Source: an uncultured Methanomassiliicoccales archaeon (GTDB lineage: Archaea > Thermoplasmatota > Thermoplasmata > RBG-16-68-12). Taken from it: DNA of 35,483 nt. This document shows positions 18,221 to 27,534 of this stretch, one piece after another (positions within the stretch are counted from its first letter, which is position 1; every line of letters starts with the position of its first letter). A model generated the notes under the pieces. The model was not told the DNA's origin and did no database searches. It worked only from the letters and a program-made list of their open reading frames with translations. The DNA lies in the NCBI GenBank assembly GCA_964546105.1, contig CAZJIP010000006.1, forward strand, positions 1-35,483. The letters run 5' to 3'. The translations under genes and the position numbers were made by a program.

Positions 18221-18973
18221 TCAGCTCAGGGCCGGAAGAATCCCCGTGGCTCCTACAAGGAAGATCACACCGATGATGAGGCTGAAGACCGCGGCGACGG
18301 CGGCCACACGGCGAAACAGCTTGGGGCTCGTGGCCGTGCGCGAGTAGCCCAGGGCCGCCAGGATGGACTCGATCGTGTTCGTGATGAAGACGCCGAGGAC
18401 GAACGCGAGGACCACGGTGGCGCCCGCGAAGGCGCCGCTGACCCCGCCCGCCAGGATGAATAGGAGGAGCTGGGTCGGCGTCTCGCCCCCGATCCCGTGG
18501 ATGATCCCGATCGTGTACGCGGATGCGGGTCCCGCGACCTTGAGGTCGATGTCCCGATGCTTGCGGATGCGTCCCGTGATTCGCATGACGGCCCGTTCGT
18601 ACCCCCGCAGGAAGCCCGAGGCGATCAGGACCCAGCGGGACTGCATCCGGACCGCCTCGCCGGGGTGCCGGGCGAGCATCTGGATCACGTAGACCCCGAG
18701 GATAATCAGGGTCGCGCCCACGACCACGGTCATGACCGTGTCGACCTCCGGGGGTAGACGGAGGCCGATGAGGACGGCGGCGAGGCCCAGGACCGCCACC
18801 ACGGTGCCGTGGCCGCCGGCGTAGAACCAGCCGATGACGACGCCGCCACGGATCGTCTTCTGGCTGCTCGTGATGTCCATGATCGCGGAGATATGGTCCC
18901 AGTCGACCCCGTGCCGCAGGCCGAGACCGAGGGCCGCGATGACGAGGAGCCACAGAGGGACGGGATCGCTCAT
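18221..18973 (-). CDS. nickel/cobalt permease, NiCoT (HoxN/NixA)-related
   Basis: 250 aa. Contains LRHGVDWDHI (the HX4DH signature), GGHGTVV and HGIGGETPTQ, and is polytopic. It is shorter than classical 8-TM NiCoTs. Confidence 0.8.
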   Translation of the reverse strand: MSDPVPLWLLVIAALGLGLRHGVDWDHISAIMDITSSQKTIRGGVVIGWFYAGGHGTVVAVLGLAAVLIGLRLPPEVDTVMTVVVGATLIILGVYVIQMLARHPGEAVRMQSRWVLIASGFLRGYERAVMRITGRIRKHRDIDLKVAGPASAYTIGIIHGIGGETPTQLLLFILAGGVSGAFAGATVVLAFVLGVFITNTIESILAALGYSRTATSPKLFRRVAAVAAVFSLIIGVIFLVGATGILPALS

Positions 18974-18986
18974 GCCGAGAACCGCG

Positions 18987-19013
18987 GTGTTACCCGCAAT
19001 GGCTTCGTAACAC
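18987..19013. promoter_or_regulatory. candidate NikR operator: GTGTTAC-N13-GTAACAC
   Basis: A perfect 7-bp inverted repeat starts 14 nt upstream of the permease start codon (18973). A third GTAACAC half-site lies at 19077..19083, 23 nt before the nikR ATG. Confidence 0.5.
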
Positions 19014-19105
19014 GGCTTCGCGGATAAGGTTTGGCATGCGGCGCCGGCCGCTGGGAAACGCCAGCTTCATGCCGGAGTAACACTTGCTCGCGGCGGGCGT
19101 AGCAC

Positions 19106-19513
19106 ATGGCCGTCGAGCGCATCGGGGTCTCCCTGGAGGGATCGCTGCTCAGGGAATTCGACCGGTACGTGAAGGAGAAGGGATTCGCGAGCCGCTCCGA
19201 GGCGCTGCGCGAGCTGATTCGCCAAGGGCTCGTGCGCCGGCAGGTCGAGGCGGGCGGGAAGGTCGTGGGAACCATCACGATCGTCTACCGGCACGACGTG
19301 GGCATGGTGACCCACCGGATCCTGCACCGGCAGCACGACTTCCTGGGCTCCATCCGCGCCACGGCTCACACACACCTGAGCGAGGAGACGTGCCTCGAGG
19401 TCCTCATCGTGGAGGGCGACGCGACCCAGGTCGCCGAGCTCGCGGACCGGTTGCGGACCGTGAAGGGCGTCCTGTTCGCGGAGACCGTCGTGGCCCGCGG
19501 CGACCTGCGCTGA
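19106..19513 (+). CDS. nikR: nickel-responsive transcriptional regulator
   Basis: 135 aa. The ribbon-helix-helix N-terminus is RIGVSLEGSLLREFDRYV..GFASRSEALRELIR. The C-terminal metal-binding domain has H..HxH..C residues (HRQHDF, HTHLSEETC). Confidence 0.9.
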   Translation: MAVERIGVSLEGSLLREFDRYVKEKGFASRSEALRELIRQGLVRRQVEAGGKVVGTITIVYRHDVGMVTHRILHRQHDFLGSIRATAHTHLSEETCLEVLIVEGDATQVAELADRLRTVKGVLFAETVVARGDLR

Positions 19514-19624
19514 GCCGACGAGCCACAGTACCAATGCTGGGAACGCCATCGATGTTTTTATGAGGGGGCAGACGGACGCTCCCACGACGCCGTCCCACGC
19601 GGACGCGTCGGGAGCCTGCATACC

Positions 19625-20083
19625 ATGGCCTTGCCCCTCGCCGCCTACGCTGCAACCCGGAACCGGAGATCCACGCCCACCCTGCCCTTCGGCTGGGGGG
19701 CCGTGACGGTCCTCGCCGTCGGCGCGATCCTGCTCATCGCCGGCATCCTGATCATCCTCTACGGCATGCTCAACTTCTTCACGAGCGTCATCAACAACGC
19801 GCTGAGCCCGGACTTCTCCATCTCGGGCTTCTTCGGCGGCTTCTTCGGCGCGATCATGCTCTTCGTGATCGGCGGCGTCCTCGCGGGCGTCGGCGGCTGG
19901 ATGGTGCGCCTCTGGTGGCTCTTCCTCCTCTTCGGCGCGGTGGCCGGGACCGGCGCGTCGGCGGACACGGTGCGCGGGCGCGAGGCCCTGCGCTCGGACG
20001 GCGTGATGGTTCGCTGCCGCTCCTGCAGCCACCTGAACCCCGAAGAGGCGAAGTTCTGCCTGGCCTGCGGGAAACCCATCTGA
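19625..20083 (+). CDS. polytopic membrane protein with C-terminal zinc ribbon
   Basis: 152 aa with three to four hydrophobic spans. It ends with CRSC-X10-CLAC (VRCRSCSHLNPEEAKFCLACGKPI). Confidence 0.6.
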   Translation: MALPLAAYAATRNRRSTPTLPFGWGAVTVLAVGAILLIAGILIILYGMLNFFTSVINNALSPDFSISGFFGGFFGAIMLFVIGGVLAGVGGWMVRLWWLFLLFGAVAGTGASADTVRGREALRSDGVMVRCRSCSHLNPEEAKFCLACGKPI

Positions 20084-20143
20084 GCCTGCGGAACCGCCTC
20101 CATTCGGAACCTATTTGAACGAAAGCGGGAAATCCCCGGGGCC

Positions 20144-21736
20144 ATGGGGCTCCTCATTCGATTTGCTCGCCAGTGGGTGGCGGGGGAGACCATGGACGAC
20201 GCGCTTCGCGTCGCCCAGGATGCCAACCGGCGCGGCATCCAAGGCATCGTCAACCATCTGGGGGAGCACTACCACGAGAAGCCGCCTGTCGAGGCGACCA
20301 CGGCGGAGTACCTGCGGCTCGTCGCGAAGCTCCGCGCCGCGGACGTGCGGACGGATGTGAGCGTCAAGCCCACCCAGTTCGGCATCCTGATCGACAAGGA
20401 GTACGCCCTCTCGCAGATCCTCCCGGTCCTCGACGCGACGAAGGCGTGGGGCCACATCCTCTGGGTGGACATGGAGGGCGCCTCGACCGTGGCGGACACG
20501 ATCTGGATCTACGAGGACCTCCTGAGGCGGTACGACAAGGTGGGACTGTGCCTCCAGGCCAACATCCGCCGGACGGAGGAGGATCTCCACCGCCTCCTGG
20601 CTCTACACGCCCGGATCCGGCTCGTCAAGGGAGCCTACAAGGAGACCCCCGATGTCGCGTTCACCCGACGGGCGGAGATCGACCAAGAGTACCTGCGACT
20701 CCTGCAGATCCTGTTCGCGGAAGGCTCGCACTTCGCGGTCGCGACCCACGACGGCCGGATGATCGCGAGGACCGTCGAGCTGGCGAAGGAGCATCCCGGG
20801 GTGGCCTTCGAGTTCGCCATGCTCCAGGGAGTCCGCGATCCCCTGAAGTCCGAGCTCGTGTCCCAGGGGCACGCGGTCGCCGAATACATCCCGTACGGGC
20901 CGACATGGCTCCCGTACTTCACGCGCCGGTTGCGCGAGCGGCCACGGAACATCATCACCATGGGGCGCTCCCTCGTCAGCGGTTGGGACCGCAGGGCTTT
21001 TGCGCGTCCCATCATTTTCGCCGGTGTGGACCGCGCTGCGTTCCGAAGGAGCATGCGCATCTTAGAGCGACGCCATCCCCTCCGCGATTGGTCTCAGGGC
21101 ATGACCCCGTTCGAGATCCTTATCTCGACGGTCCTCTCCCAGAGCACCACCGTGGCGAATGAGCGGCGGGGTCTGGCGGGCCTCCGGGAGGCGTTCGGGA
21201 CCATCACGCCGGCGGCCCTGGCCGCCGCGTCCCAGCGGGACATCGCGCGGGCGATCTGGCATGCGGGTCTGGCGGGCCAGAAGGCGCCGCGGATTCGTGC
21301 AATCGGCCACGAGGTGCTACGACAATGGGGAGGCGACCTGAATTCGATCTTCCGGCTCCCGACCCGGGAGGCGCGGGAGGCGCTCATGGCCCTTCCGGGT
21401 GTGGGGCCGAAGACGGCCGATGTGGTCCTCGCCATGGCGGCGGACCATCCCACGTTACCTGTGGACACGCACATCGCGCGAATCGCACGGCGTTGGAACC
21501 TCGTGTCAAAAAACGATTACGAGACCGTGCGGGGTGCACTCGAGGCATGGACGGCGCCGCGGAAACGGAAGGCGTGGCATCTGGCCCTCATCGACCACGG
21601 ACGGGAACTCTGCCGCGCGCGGAATCCCCGATGCGATGCATGCCCCATCCGGCCCGATTGCGATTGGTTCCGTGCGCATCGTGCGTCGGGTGCGAGGGCC
21701 GCACGCCTGAAGGAGTCAACGAGGCACACTAAGTAA
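20144..21736 (+). CDS. single ORF: proline dehydrogenase domain (aa ~1-290) plus endonuclease III domain (aa ~300-530)
   Basis: The N-terminal part has FARQWVAGETMDDAL, NHLGEH, SVKPTQFG, LVKGAY and YFTRRLRERPRN, as in monofunctional PRODH. The C-terminal part has FEILISTVLSQSTT, HhH LPGVGPKTADVV, VDTH, and the 4Fe-4S loop CRARNPRCDACPIRPDC. There is no stop between the two parts. Confidence 0.8.
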   Translation: MGLLIRFARQWVAGETMDDALRVAQDANRRGIQGIVNHLGEHYHEKPPVEATTAEYLRLVAKLRAADVRTDVSVKPTQFGILIDKEYALSQILPVLDATKAWGHILWVDMEGASTVADTIWIYEDLLRRYDKVGLCLQANIRRTEEDLHRLLALHARIRLVKGAYKETPDVAFTRRAEIDQEYLRLLQILFAEGSHFAVATHDGRMIARTVELAKEHPGVAFEFAMLQGVRDPLKSELVSQGHAVAEYIPYGPTWLPYFTRRLRERPRNIITMGRSLVSGWDRRAFARPIIFAGVDRAAFRRSMRILERRHPLRDWSQGMTPFEILISTVLSQSTTVANERRGLAGLREAFGTITPAALAAASQRDIARAIWHAGLAGQKAPRIRAIGHEVLRQWGGDLNSIFRLPTREAREALMALPGVGPKTADVVLAMAADHPTLPVDTHIARIARRWNLVSKNDYETVRGALEAWTAPRKRKAWHLALIDHGRELCRARNPRCDACPIRPDCDWFRAHRASGARAARLKESTRHTK

Positions 21737-21771
21737 CAAAGGGTTAAGAACCGCAAGGGGGTTGGCGCGCA

Positions 21772-22659
21772 TTGCGACCGACCTTGTCTCTGAACGACTA
21801 CGTCGAACTCATGAAGCTGCGCATCTCCGCGCTCCTCCTCCTCGTGGCGGCGGCGGCCTATCTCGCCACGAGCGGGCCACGGATCGACCTTGTGGCGTTC
21901 GGGTTGCTCATGCTGACCGGACTGCTCGCGAGCAGCGGCGCGAGCGCGGTGAATCACTACATCGACCGAGACATCGACGCGGTCATGCGGCGCACGTCCG
22001 CGCGGCCCTTACCCGCGCACCGGATCGACCCCGCGAGCCGCGCCCTCACGTTCGGCGTCGGCTTGACCGCCGTCGCCTTGGGCGTGGCCTACCTGGGAAT
22101 CAACCCGCTGACCGCGGCCATGATCGGACTGGGATTCGCCGTCTACGTGGGCGTCTACACCCTGGGCTTGAAACGGACCCACGTGAGCAACATCGTGATC
22201 GGCGGGTTCGCGGGCTCGTGCCCCGCTCTCGCCGGATCCGCCGCGGCAGCGAACGCGATCAGCCTGCCCGCGGCGCTCATCGCCCTCCTCGTGTTCCTCT
22301 GGACGCCGAGCCACTTCTGGGCGCTCGCCTTCCGCAGCCGTGAGGACTACCGGCGCGCCGGCCTCCCGATGCTCCCAGCGGTCAAGGACACGGCCACCTC
22401 CGCGCGGGCCATCGCGCTCTCGTCCGCGACGGTAGCCTTGGCGAGCGTCTCCTTCGTCTTCACGGACGCGTTCCACGACGCCTACTTCGTCGCCGCAATC
22501 GCCCTGAGCGCATTCCTCCTGTACCTGACCGTTCAATTCCTCCGCGAGCCCACGCAGGAGCGCGCGTGGGCGGGCTACAAGTTCTCGGGGATCTACCTCG
22601 CCCTGATCCTCCTGGCGGTCATGGCGGACGCCCTCCTGCCCCTCGCGCTCTCCCTGTAA
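21772..22659 (+). CDS. ctaB: protoheme IX farnesyltransferase (heme O synthase)
   Basis: 295 aa with a TTG start. Contains DYVELMKLRIS, NHYIDRDIDAVMRRT and WTPSHFWALA, a UbiA-family polytopic protein. Confidence 0.85.
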   Translation: MRPTLSLNDYVELMKLRISALLLLVAAAAYLATSGPRIDLVAFGLLMLTGLLASSGASAVNHYIDRDIDAVMRRTSARPLPAHRIDPASRALTFGVGLTAVALGVAYLGINPLTAAMIGLGFAVYVGVYTLGLKRTHVSNIVIGGFAGSCPALAGSAAAANAISLPAALIALLVFLWTPSHFWALAFRSREDYRRAGLPMLPAVKDTATSARAIALSSATVALASVSFVFTDAFHDAYFVAAIALSAFLLYLTVQFLREPTQERAWAGYKFSGIYLALILLAVMADALLPLALSL

Positions 22660-22758
22660 GCCCCGCCGAAAATCGAGGGCGAGCGCCGCGACTCCGCACC
22701 AACTCACCCTTTACTTTTAATAGCACAATGGAACTTAGAGACACCCAACCACACGACG

Positions 22759-24030
22759 GTGGAAGGCATGCCGGGGCAGACCCTTGTTGAGAAGGTACTC
22801 TCCCGCGCCTCGGGCCATCCCGTGCGCGCCGGAGACATCACGATCGCCAAGGTCGACTTGGCGTACGTCCAGGACGGGACGGGCCCGCTGACGTTCCGCA
22901 TGATGGAACGGATGAACCTCGTGAAGGCTGCGAACCCGGAGCGATCCGTGGTGTTCATCGACCACTCCAGCCCGCCCCCGCGACGAGAGCTCGCCAGCGA
23001 CCACGTGTACCTGCGCGAGTTCGCCGCGAAGACGGGCATGGTCCTCTCCGACGTCGGTCAGGGCGTGTGCCATCAGGTCGCGTTCGAGAAGTTCGTGCGC
23101 CCCGGGGACGTGGTCATCGGAGCGGACAGCCACAGCGTGATGGGCGGCGCAATGGGCGCGTTCGCCACGGGCATGGGATCCACGGACGTCGCGGTCGCGC
23201 TCGCGCTGGGAAAAACCTGGCTGCGCGTGCCCGAGACGATGAAGTTCGAGGTCGGCGGCCGGTTTCCCAAAGGGGTGTACTCCAAGGACCTCATCCTCCG
23301 CGTCCTGGGGGACATCAAGACGGACGGCGCAGCGTACAAGGCCATGGAATGGGGCGGCCCCGCGTGGTCGGCGATGCCCATGACGGAGCGCATGGTCCTG
23401 TCCAACATGGCCATCGAGGGCGGTGGCAAGTGCGGCCCGCAGCCGTCGGACCACGAGACGAAACGCTACCTCAAAGAGCACGGACGCGAGGGAGACTGGA
23501 AGGAGATCCGCCCGGACGAGGACGCCGCCTACGAGACCGTCCATCCCTACGATGCGGGGGACCTGGAACCCATGGTGGCCCGGCCGCCGCAGGAGGACAA
23601 CGTGGTCCCGGTCACGGACCCGAGCGTGAAAGGCCTCCGGATTCAACAGGTCTACCTCGGCTCGTGCACGAACGCGCGGTACGAGGACATCCGGGTCTTC
23701 TGCGACTACATGAAGGGGGAGAAGGTCGCGAAGGGAACCCGGCTCATCGTGGTGCCGGCCTCCCGGGAGGCCTACACTCGGGCGATGAAGGAGGGTTTGT
23801 TCGAAGTCCTGCTCGATGCGGGCGCGACGATCAACTCGCCCGGTTGCGGCGCGTGCCCCGGCGTCCACCTCGGGATCCCAGGGGACGGCGAGAACGTCCT
23901 CTCCACGACGAACCGCAACTATGTGGGGCGCATGGGGAATCCCGCCGCGTTCACCTACCTCGCGTCACCGGCGACGGCCGCCGCGACCGCGATCTACGGC
24001 GTCATCTCGGATCCGCGGGAGGCGAAATGA
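22759..24030 (+). CDS. aconitase-superfamily dehydratase large subunit (LeuC/HacA type)
   Basis: 423 aa. Contains DLAYVQDGTGP, GADSHS, LGSCTNARYED and SPGCGAC (cluster cysteines). GTG start at 22759; an ATG follows at 22768. Confidence 0.85.
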   Translation: MEGMPGQTLVEKVLSRASGHPVRAGDITIAKVDLAYVQDGTGPLTFRMMERMNLVKAANPERSVVFIDHSSPPPRRELASDHVYLREFAAKTGMVLSDVGQGVCHQVAFEKFVRPGDVVIGADSHSVMGGAMGAFATGMGSTDVAVALALGKTWLRVPETMKFEVGGRFPKGVYSKDLILRVLGDIKTDGAAYKAMEWGGPAWSAMPMTERMVLSNMAIEGGGKCGPQPSDHETKRYLKEHGREGDWKEIRPDEDAAYETVHPYDAGDLEPMVARPPQEDNVVPVTDPSVKGLRIQQVYLGSCTNARYEDIRVFCDYMKGEKVAKGTRLIVVPASREAYTRAMKEGLFEVLLDAGATINSPGCGACPGVHLGIPGDGENVLSTTNRNYVGRMGNPAAFTYLASPATAAATAIYGVISDPREAK

Positions 24031-24527
24031 TGGGGCGCGCCTGGAAGTTTGGTGACAACATCTCGACGGACCTGATCGCCGCCGGACGCTACTACCACCT
24101 CCGGTCCAACCTGCCCGAGCTCGCGAAGCACGTGCTCGAGGATGCGCGCCCCGAGTTCGCGGGACAGGTGAAGTCCGGGGACTTCGTCGTCGGGGGACGG
24201 AACTTCGGGAAGGGCTCGTCCCGGGAGCACGCCCCGGTAATCATCAAGCTCGCAGGGAGCCGCGCGGTCCTCGCGAAGTCCTTCGCGCGCATCTTCTACC
24301 GGAACTGCATCAACATCGGCCTCCCCGCGATCGTCGTCGACACGGACCAGATTGCCGAGGGGGACGACGTGGACATCGACCTGGAGAAGGGGATCGTCCA
24401 TGACCGGACGAAGGGGATCGACCTGACGTTCCCTCCCTTGCCCGCTGTCATGGCGCGGATCCTCGAGGAAGGGGGCCTCGTGGAGTACATCAAGCACCAC
24501 GGGGACCTCGTCATCGCGGGGACGTGA
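24027..24527 (+). CDS. aconitase-superfamily dehydratase small subunit (LeuD/HacB type)
   Basis: 166 aa. Contains MMGRAWKFGDNISTDLI, GRNFGKGSSREHA and the specificity-loop region GRYYHLRS. The ATG overlaps the large-subunit stop by 4 nt. Confidence 0.85.
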   Translation: MMGRAWKFGDNISTDLIAAGRYYHLRSNLPELAKHVLEDARPEFAGQVKSGDFVVGGRNFGKGSSREHAPVIIKLAGSRAVLAKSFARIFYRNCINIGLPAIVVDTDQIAEGDDVDIDLEKGIVHDRTKGIDLTFPPLPAVMARILEEGGLVEYIKHHGDLVIAGT

Positions 24528-24558
24528 GTTCCGTGGCCCCCGCCCCGCGTTTGGGGAG

Positions 24559-25734
24559 ATGTGTGACATGAGCTTCACCGAGAAATCGACCGTTGAGGCC
24601 AAGCCGAAGATTGACAAGGGGCTCGACGACATCTACGTGAAGGAGTCGTCCATCTGCCTGGTCGACGGCCGCGAGGGACGTCTCCTGTACCGCGGATGGG
24701 ACATCCGCGACCTCGCGGAGCACTCGAGCTTCGAGGAGACGATCTACATCCTAATCCACGGCCGCCTGCCGAGCAAGGAAGACCTCGCGGAGGCCAAGCG
24801 GGCTTTCGGCGAGTCGCGGGCCATCGACCCGGAGATCGTCCGGCTGCTGCGCTGCATGCCCGAGGACGCGCCGCCGATCGACGTGCTGCGCACCGCGGTC
24901 TCCTTCCTGAGCAACTTCGACAAGGAGCGGGACGACCCCACGCGGGGGGCGAACATGCGCAAGGCGCAGCGGCTCATCGGAAAGATGCCCACCCTGGTCG
25001 CCGCATGCCACCGGATCCGCGAGGGGAAGCGCCTCGTGGCGCCGGACTCGAAGCTCGGAATCGCGGAGGACTTCCTGCGCATGCTCACGGGCAAGAAGCC
25101 CGACCCGCTTTCGGCCAAGGTCATGGACGTGGCGCTCATCCTCCACGCGGACCACAGCATGAACGCGTCCGCCTTCGCCGCGACCGTGGCGGCGTCGACC
25201 CTCGCGGACCTCTACAGCACGATTGTCGCGGCCATCGCGACCCTGAAGGGTCCCCTGCACGGCGGCGCCAACGAGGCCGCGCTGAAGACCATGCTGACCA
25301 TCGGCAAGCCGGAGAACGCGGAGTCCTACGTACTGAACACGCTCCGCAACCACGGGAAAATCTTCGGCTTCGGCCACCGCGTGTACAAGACCTGGGACCC
25401 ACGCGCCCTCATCCTGCGCAGGTACGCGGAGCAGCTGAGCGAGCTCCGCGGAGAGCAGGACCTCTTCCGCATCGCGGAGATCGTGCAGGACACCGTCGTG
25501 CGGGAGCTGACGTCCAAGCAAATCTACCCCAACGTGGACTTCTACTCGGGGTTGACGTACTATCTCCTAGGCCTACCGCTGGACCTCTTCACGCCGATTT
25601 TCGCGGTCTCGAGGATCGCAGGCTGGACGGCGCACGTGATCGAGTACTGGGAGGACAACCGGCTCGTGCGCCCCTTGGACTACTACGTCGGACCGACTCA
25701 CAATGTGTACGTGCCCCTCGAGCAACGCGCGTGA
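24559..25734 (+). CDS. gltA: citrate synthase
   Basis: Contains GPLHGGANE, GFGHRVYKTWDPR and DFYSG. ATG 24568 (MSFTEK) is preceded at better spacing by GGGGAG and may be the real start. Confidence 0.9.
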   Translation: MCDMSFTEKSTVEAKPKIDKGLDDIYVKESSICLVDGREGRLLYRGWDIRDLAEHSSFEETIYILIHGRLPSKEDLAEAKRAFGESRAIDPEIVRLLRCMPEDAPPIDVLRTAVSFLSNFDKERDDPTRGANMRKAQRLIGKMPTLVAACHRIREGKRLVAPDSKLGIAEDFLRMLTGKKPDPLSAKVMDVALILHADHSMNASAFAATVAASTLADLYSTIVAAIATLKGPLHGGANEAALKTMLTIGKPENAESYVLNTLRNHGKIFGFGHRVYKTWDPRALILRRYAEQLSELRGEQDLFRIAEIVQDTVVRELTSKQIYPNVDFYSGLTYYLLGLPLDLFTPIFAVSRIAGWTAHVIEYWEDNRLVRPLDYYVGPTHNVYVPLEQRA

Positions 25735-25796
25735 ACCGGGAGCCGCATGTGCACTACACTTAAACCGCTCGGTCACGTTGGGGAGGCGGCGATCCC

Positions 25797-27053
25797 GTGC
25801 CGCAGGAACCTTTGAGGTTGACGCCCCCGTCGGAGGGGCACAAGATTCTGATCACGGAGAGCGGGCTGCGCGTCCCGGACGACCCCATCATCCCCCTGAT
25901 CGAGGGCGACGGCATCGGACCCGATGTCACGCGCGCCGCGAGGACGGCCATCGACGCCGCGGTCGAGACGACCTACCATGGCCGGCGGCGCATCGTCTGG
26001 TATCCCGTGCCCGCGGGCGAGGGCGCCATGTTCCGCTACGGAGACATGCTCCCGGACGCCACGCTCGGCGCGATCAAGGAGTACGTGGTCGCCCTGAAGG
26101 GGCCCTTGACGACGCCCGTGGGCGGCGGGTTCCGCTCCCTGAACGTGACCCTGCGGCAGACCCTGGACCTGTACGCCAACGTGCGTCCGATCTACTGGAT
26201 GCCCGGCGTCCCGAGCCCCGTGACCCATCCGGAGCGGCTGGACATCGTCATCTTCCGGGAGGCCGAGGAGGACGTCTACGCGGGCATCGAGTGGGCCAAG
26301 GGCTCGCCCGAGGCGATGCGGATGATCGAGACCCTCAGGGCCGCATTCAACGTCCGCGTCCGGGATGACAGCGGGATCGGGGTGAAGCCGATCAGCGAGT
26401 TCGAGTCCAAGCGTCTCATCCGGAAGGCGATCCGCTACGCGATCGAGAACGGCCGCAGGTCCGTCGCCCTCGTGCACAAGGGGAACATCATGAAGTACAC
26501 GGAGGGGGCGTTCCGCGAATGGGGCTACGAACTCGCTCGCACGGAGTTCCCCGACCGGACCGTCTCGTGGCAGGAGGTCCAGGAGAAGTACGACGGCAAG
26601 GCGCCGGAGGGGCGGGTCGTCATGAAGGATGTCATCGCGGACAACATGTTCCAGCAACTCCTCCTGCGCCCCGACGAATACGACGTCCTCGCGACGACGA
26701 ACCTGAACGGGGACTATCTGAGCGACGCGGCGGCCGCCCAGGTGGGTGGCCTCGGCGTCGCGCCGGGCGCGAACATCGGCGACGCCCACGCGCTCTTCGA
26801 GCCCATTCACGGCAGCGCCCCGAAGTATGCGGGGATGGACAAGGTGAACCCGACCGCGGAGATTCTGGCGGGCGTCATGATGCTCGAGTACCTTGGGTGG
26901 AAGGAGGCGGCCACACGCCTGCGCGAGGCGGTCAAGGCCACGATCGACGCGAAGTTCGTGACGTACGACCTCGCGAGGCAGATGCCTGGATCCAAGGAAG
27001 TGGGCACGACGGCTTTCGCCCAGGCCATCGTGGAGCGGTTGCAGAAGGCGTGA
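25797..27053 (+). CDS. icd: isocitrate dehydrogenase (NADP-type)
   Basis: 418 aa with a GTG start. Contains [32 protein letters not shown] and HGSAPKYAG. Confidence 0.9.
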   Translation: MPQEPLRLTPPSEGHKILITESGLRVPDDPIIPLIEGDGIGPDVTRAARTAIDAAVETTYHGRRRIVWYPVPAGEGAMFRYGDMLPDATLGAIKEYVVALKGPLTTPVGGGFRSLNVTLRQTLDLYANVRPIYWMPGVPSPVTHPERLDIVIFREAEEDVYAGIEWAKGSPEAMRMIETLRAAFNVRVRDDSGIGVKPISEFESKRLIRKAIRYAIENGRRSVALVHKGNIMKYTEGAFREWGYELARTEFPDRTVSWQEVQEKYDGKAPEGRVVMKDVIADNMFQQLLLRPDEYDVLATTNLNGDYLSDAAAAQVGGLGVAPGANIGDAHALFEPIHGSAPKYAGMDKVNPTAEILAGVMMLEYLGWKEAATRLREAVKATIDAKFVTYDLARQMPGSKEVGTTAFAQAIVERLQKA

Positions 27054-27104
27054 GGTGAGCCCGCGCCGGACCCCCACGCCCCGCGGACGGCCCTGGAGGC
27101 TGCG

Positions 27105-27482
27105 TTGTGCGCCGAGATGCGCGCGCAGGGCGTGACCCACGAGCACCGCTCCCTCCATTTCCGCGTGCGACTGCCTTCCGGAAATGAGGCGCGATACGAT
27201 CCGGATCTCGTCGCTCGGAGAGGACCCATCATGTTCCTCATCGAGCCGCTCGAAGGCGCGGCGAGCGAGTCGCACCGGCTGGAGCTCCTGGCCGCCTTCC
27301 TCGACCAACACTCCCCGGAAATTGTTCTCGTGGTGGTCACGTTGCGGGAGAGACTCGCGAGCTTGCCCTCGACCGCCTACGACGAGGCGTATGCGTCGGA
27401 AGATGTCGCGGGCGTCGTCCGACGAATCCAGGAACAGGATCCGCACGGAATAATCCGGCCCTTCCCGAAACCGAGGGCGTAG
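27105..27482 (+). CDS. hypothetical protein
   Basis: 125 aa with a GTG start and balanced composition (..RYDPDLVARRGPIMFLIEPLEG..). It is the only plausible frame here; the overlapping minus-strand ORFs are R/G/P-rich shadows. Confidence 0.45.
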   Translation: MCAEMRAQGVTHEHRSLHFRVRLPSGNEARYDPDLVARRGPIMFLIEPLEGAASESHRLELLAAFLDQHSPEIVLVVVTLRERLASLPSTAYDEAYASEDVAGVVRRIQEQDPHGIIRPFPKPRA

Positions 27483-27506
27483 GGCCGGAACCCGCGGCGG
27501 CAGGGG

Positions 27507-27513
27507 CTTATAC
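27507..27513 (+). promoter_or_regulatory. TATA-like box
   Basis: CTTATAC centred about 25 nt upstream of the ATG at 27535. Confidence 0.4.
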
Positions 27514-27534
27514 GGCCCGAGACTTCGCCTCGCC

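Noticed and set aside
18265-18290. GATGATGA...CTGA (C/D-box-like) strings, also near 30665
   Set aside because: Both lie inside well-supported coding regions and lack the paired C'/D' boxes and terminal stem.
17550-18953. 467-aa minus-strand ORF spanning the HExxH gene and the NiCoT gene
   Set aside because: It is out of frame with two ORFs that have real motifs (HX4DH, HExxH). Its translation is almost entirely R/P/G.
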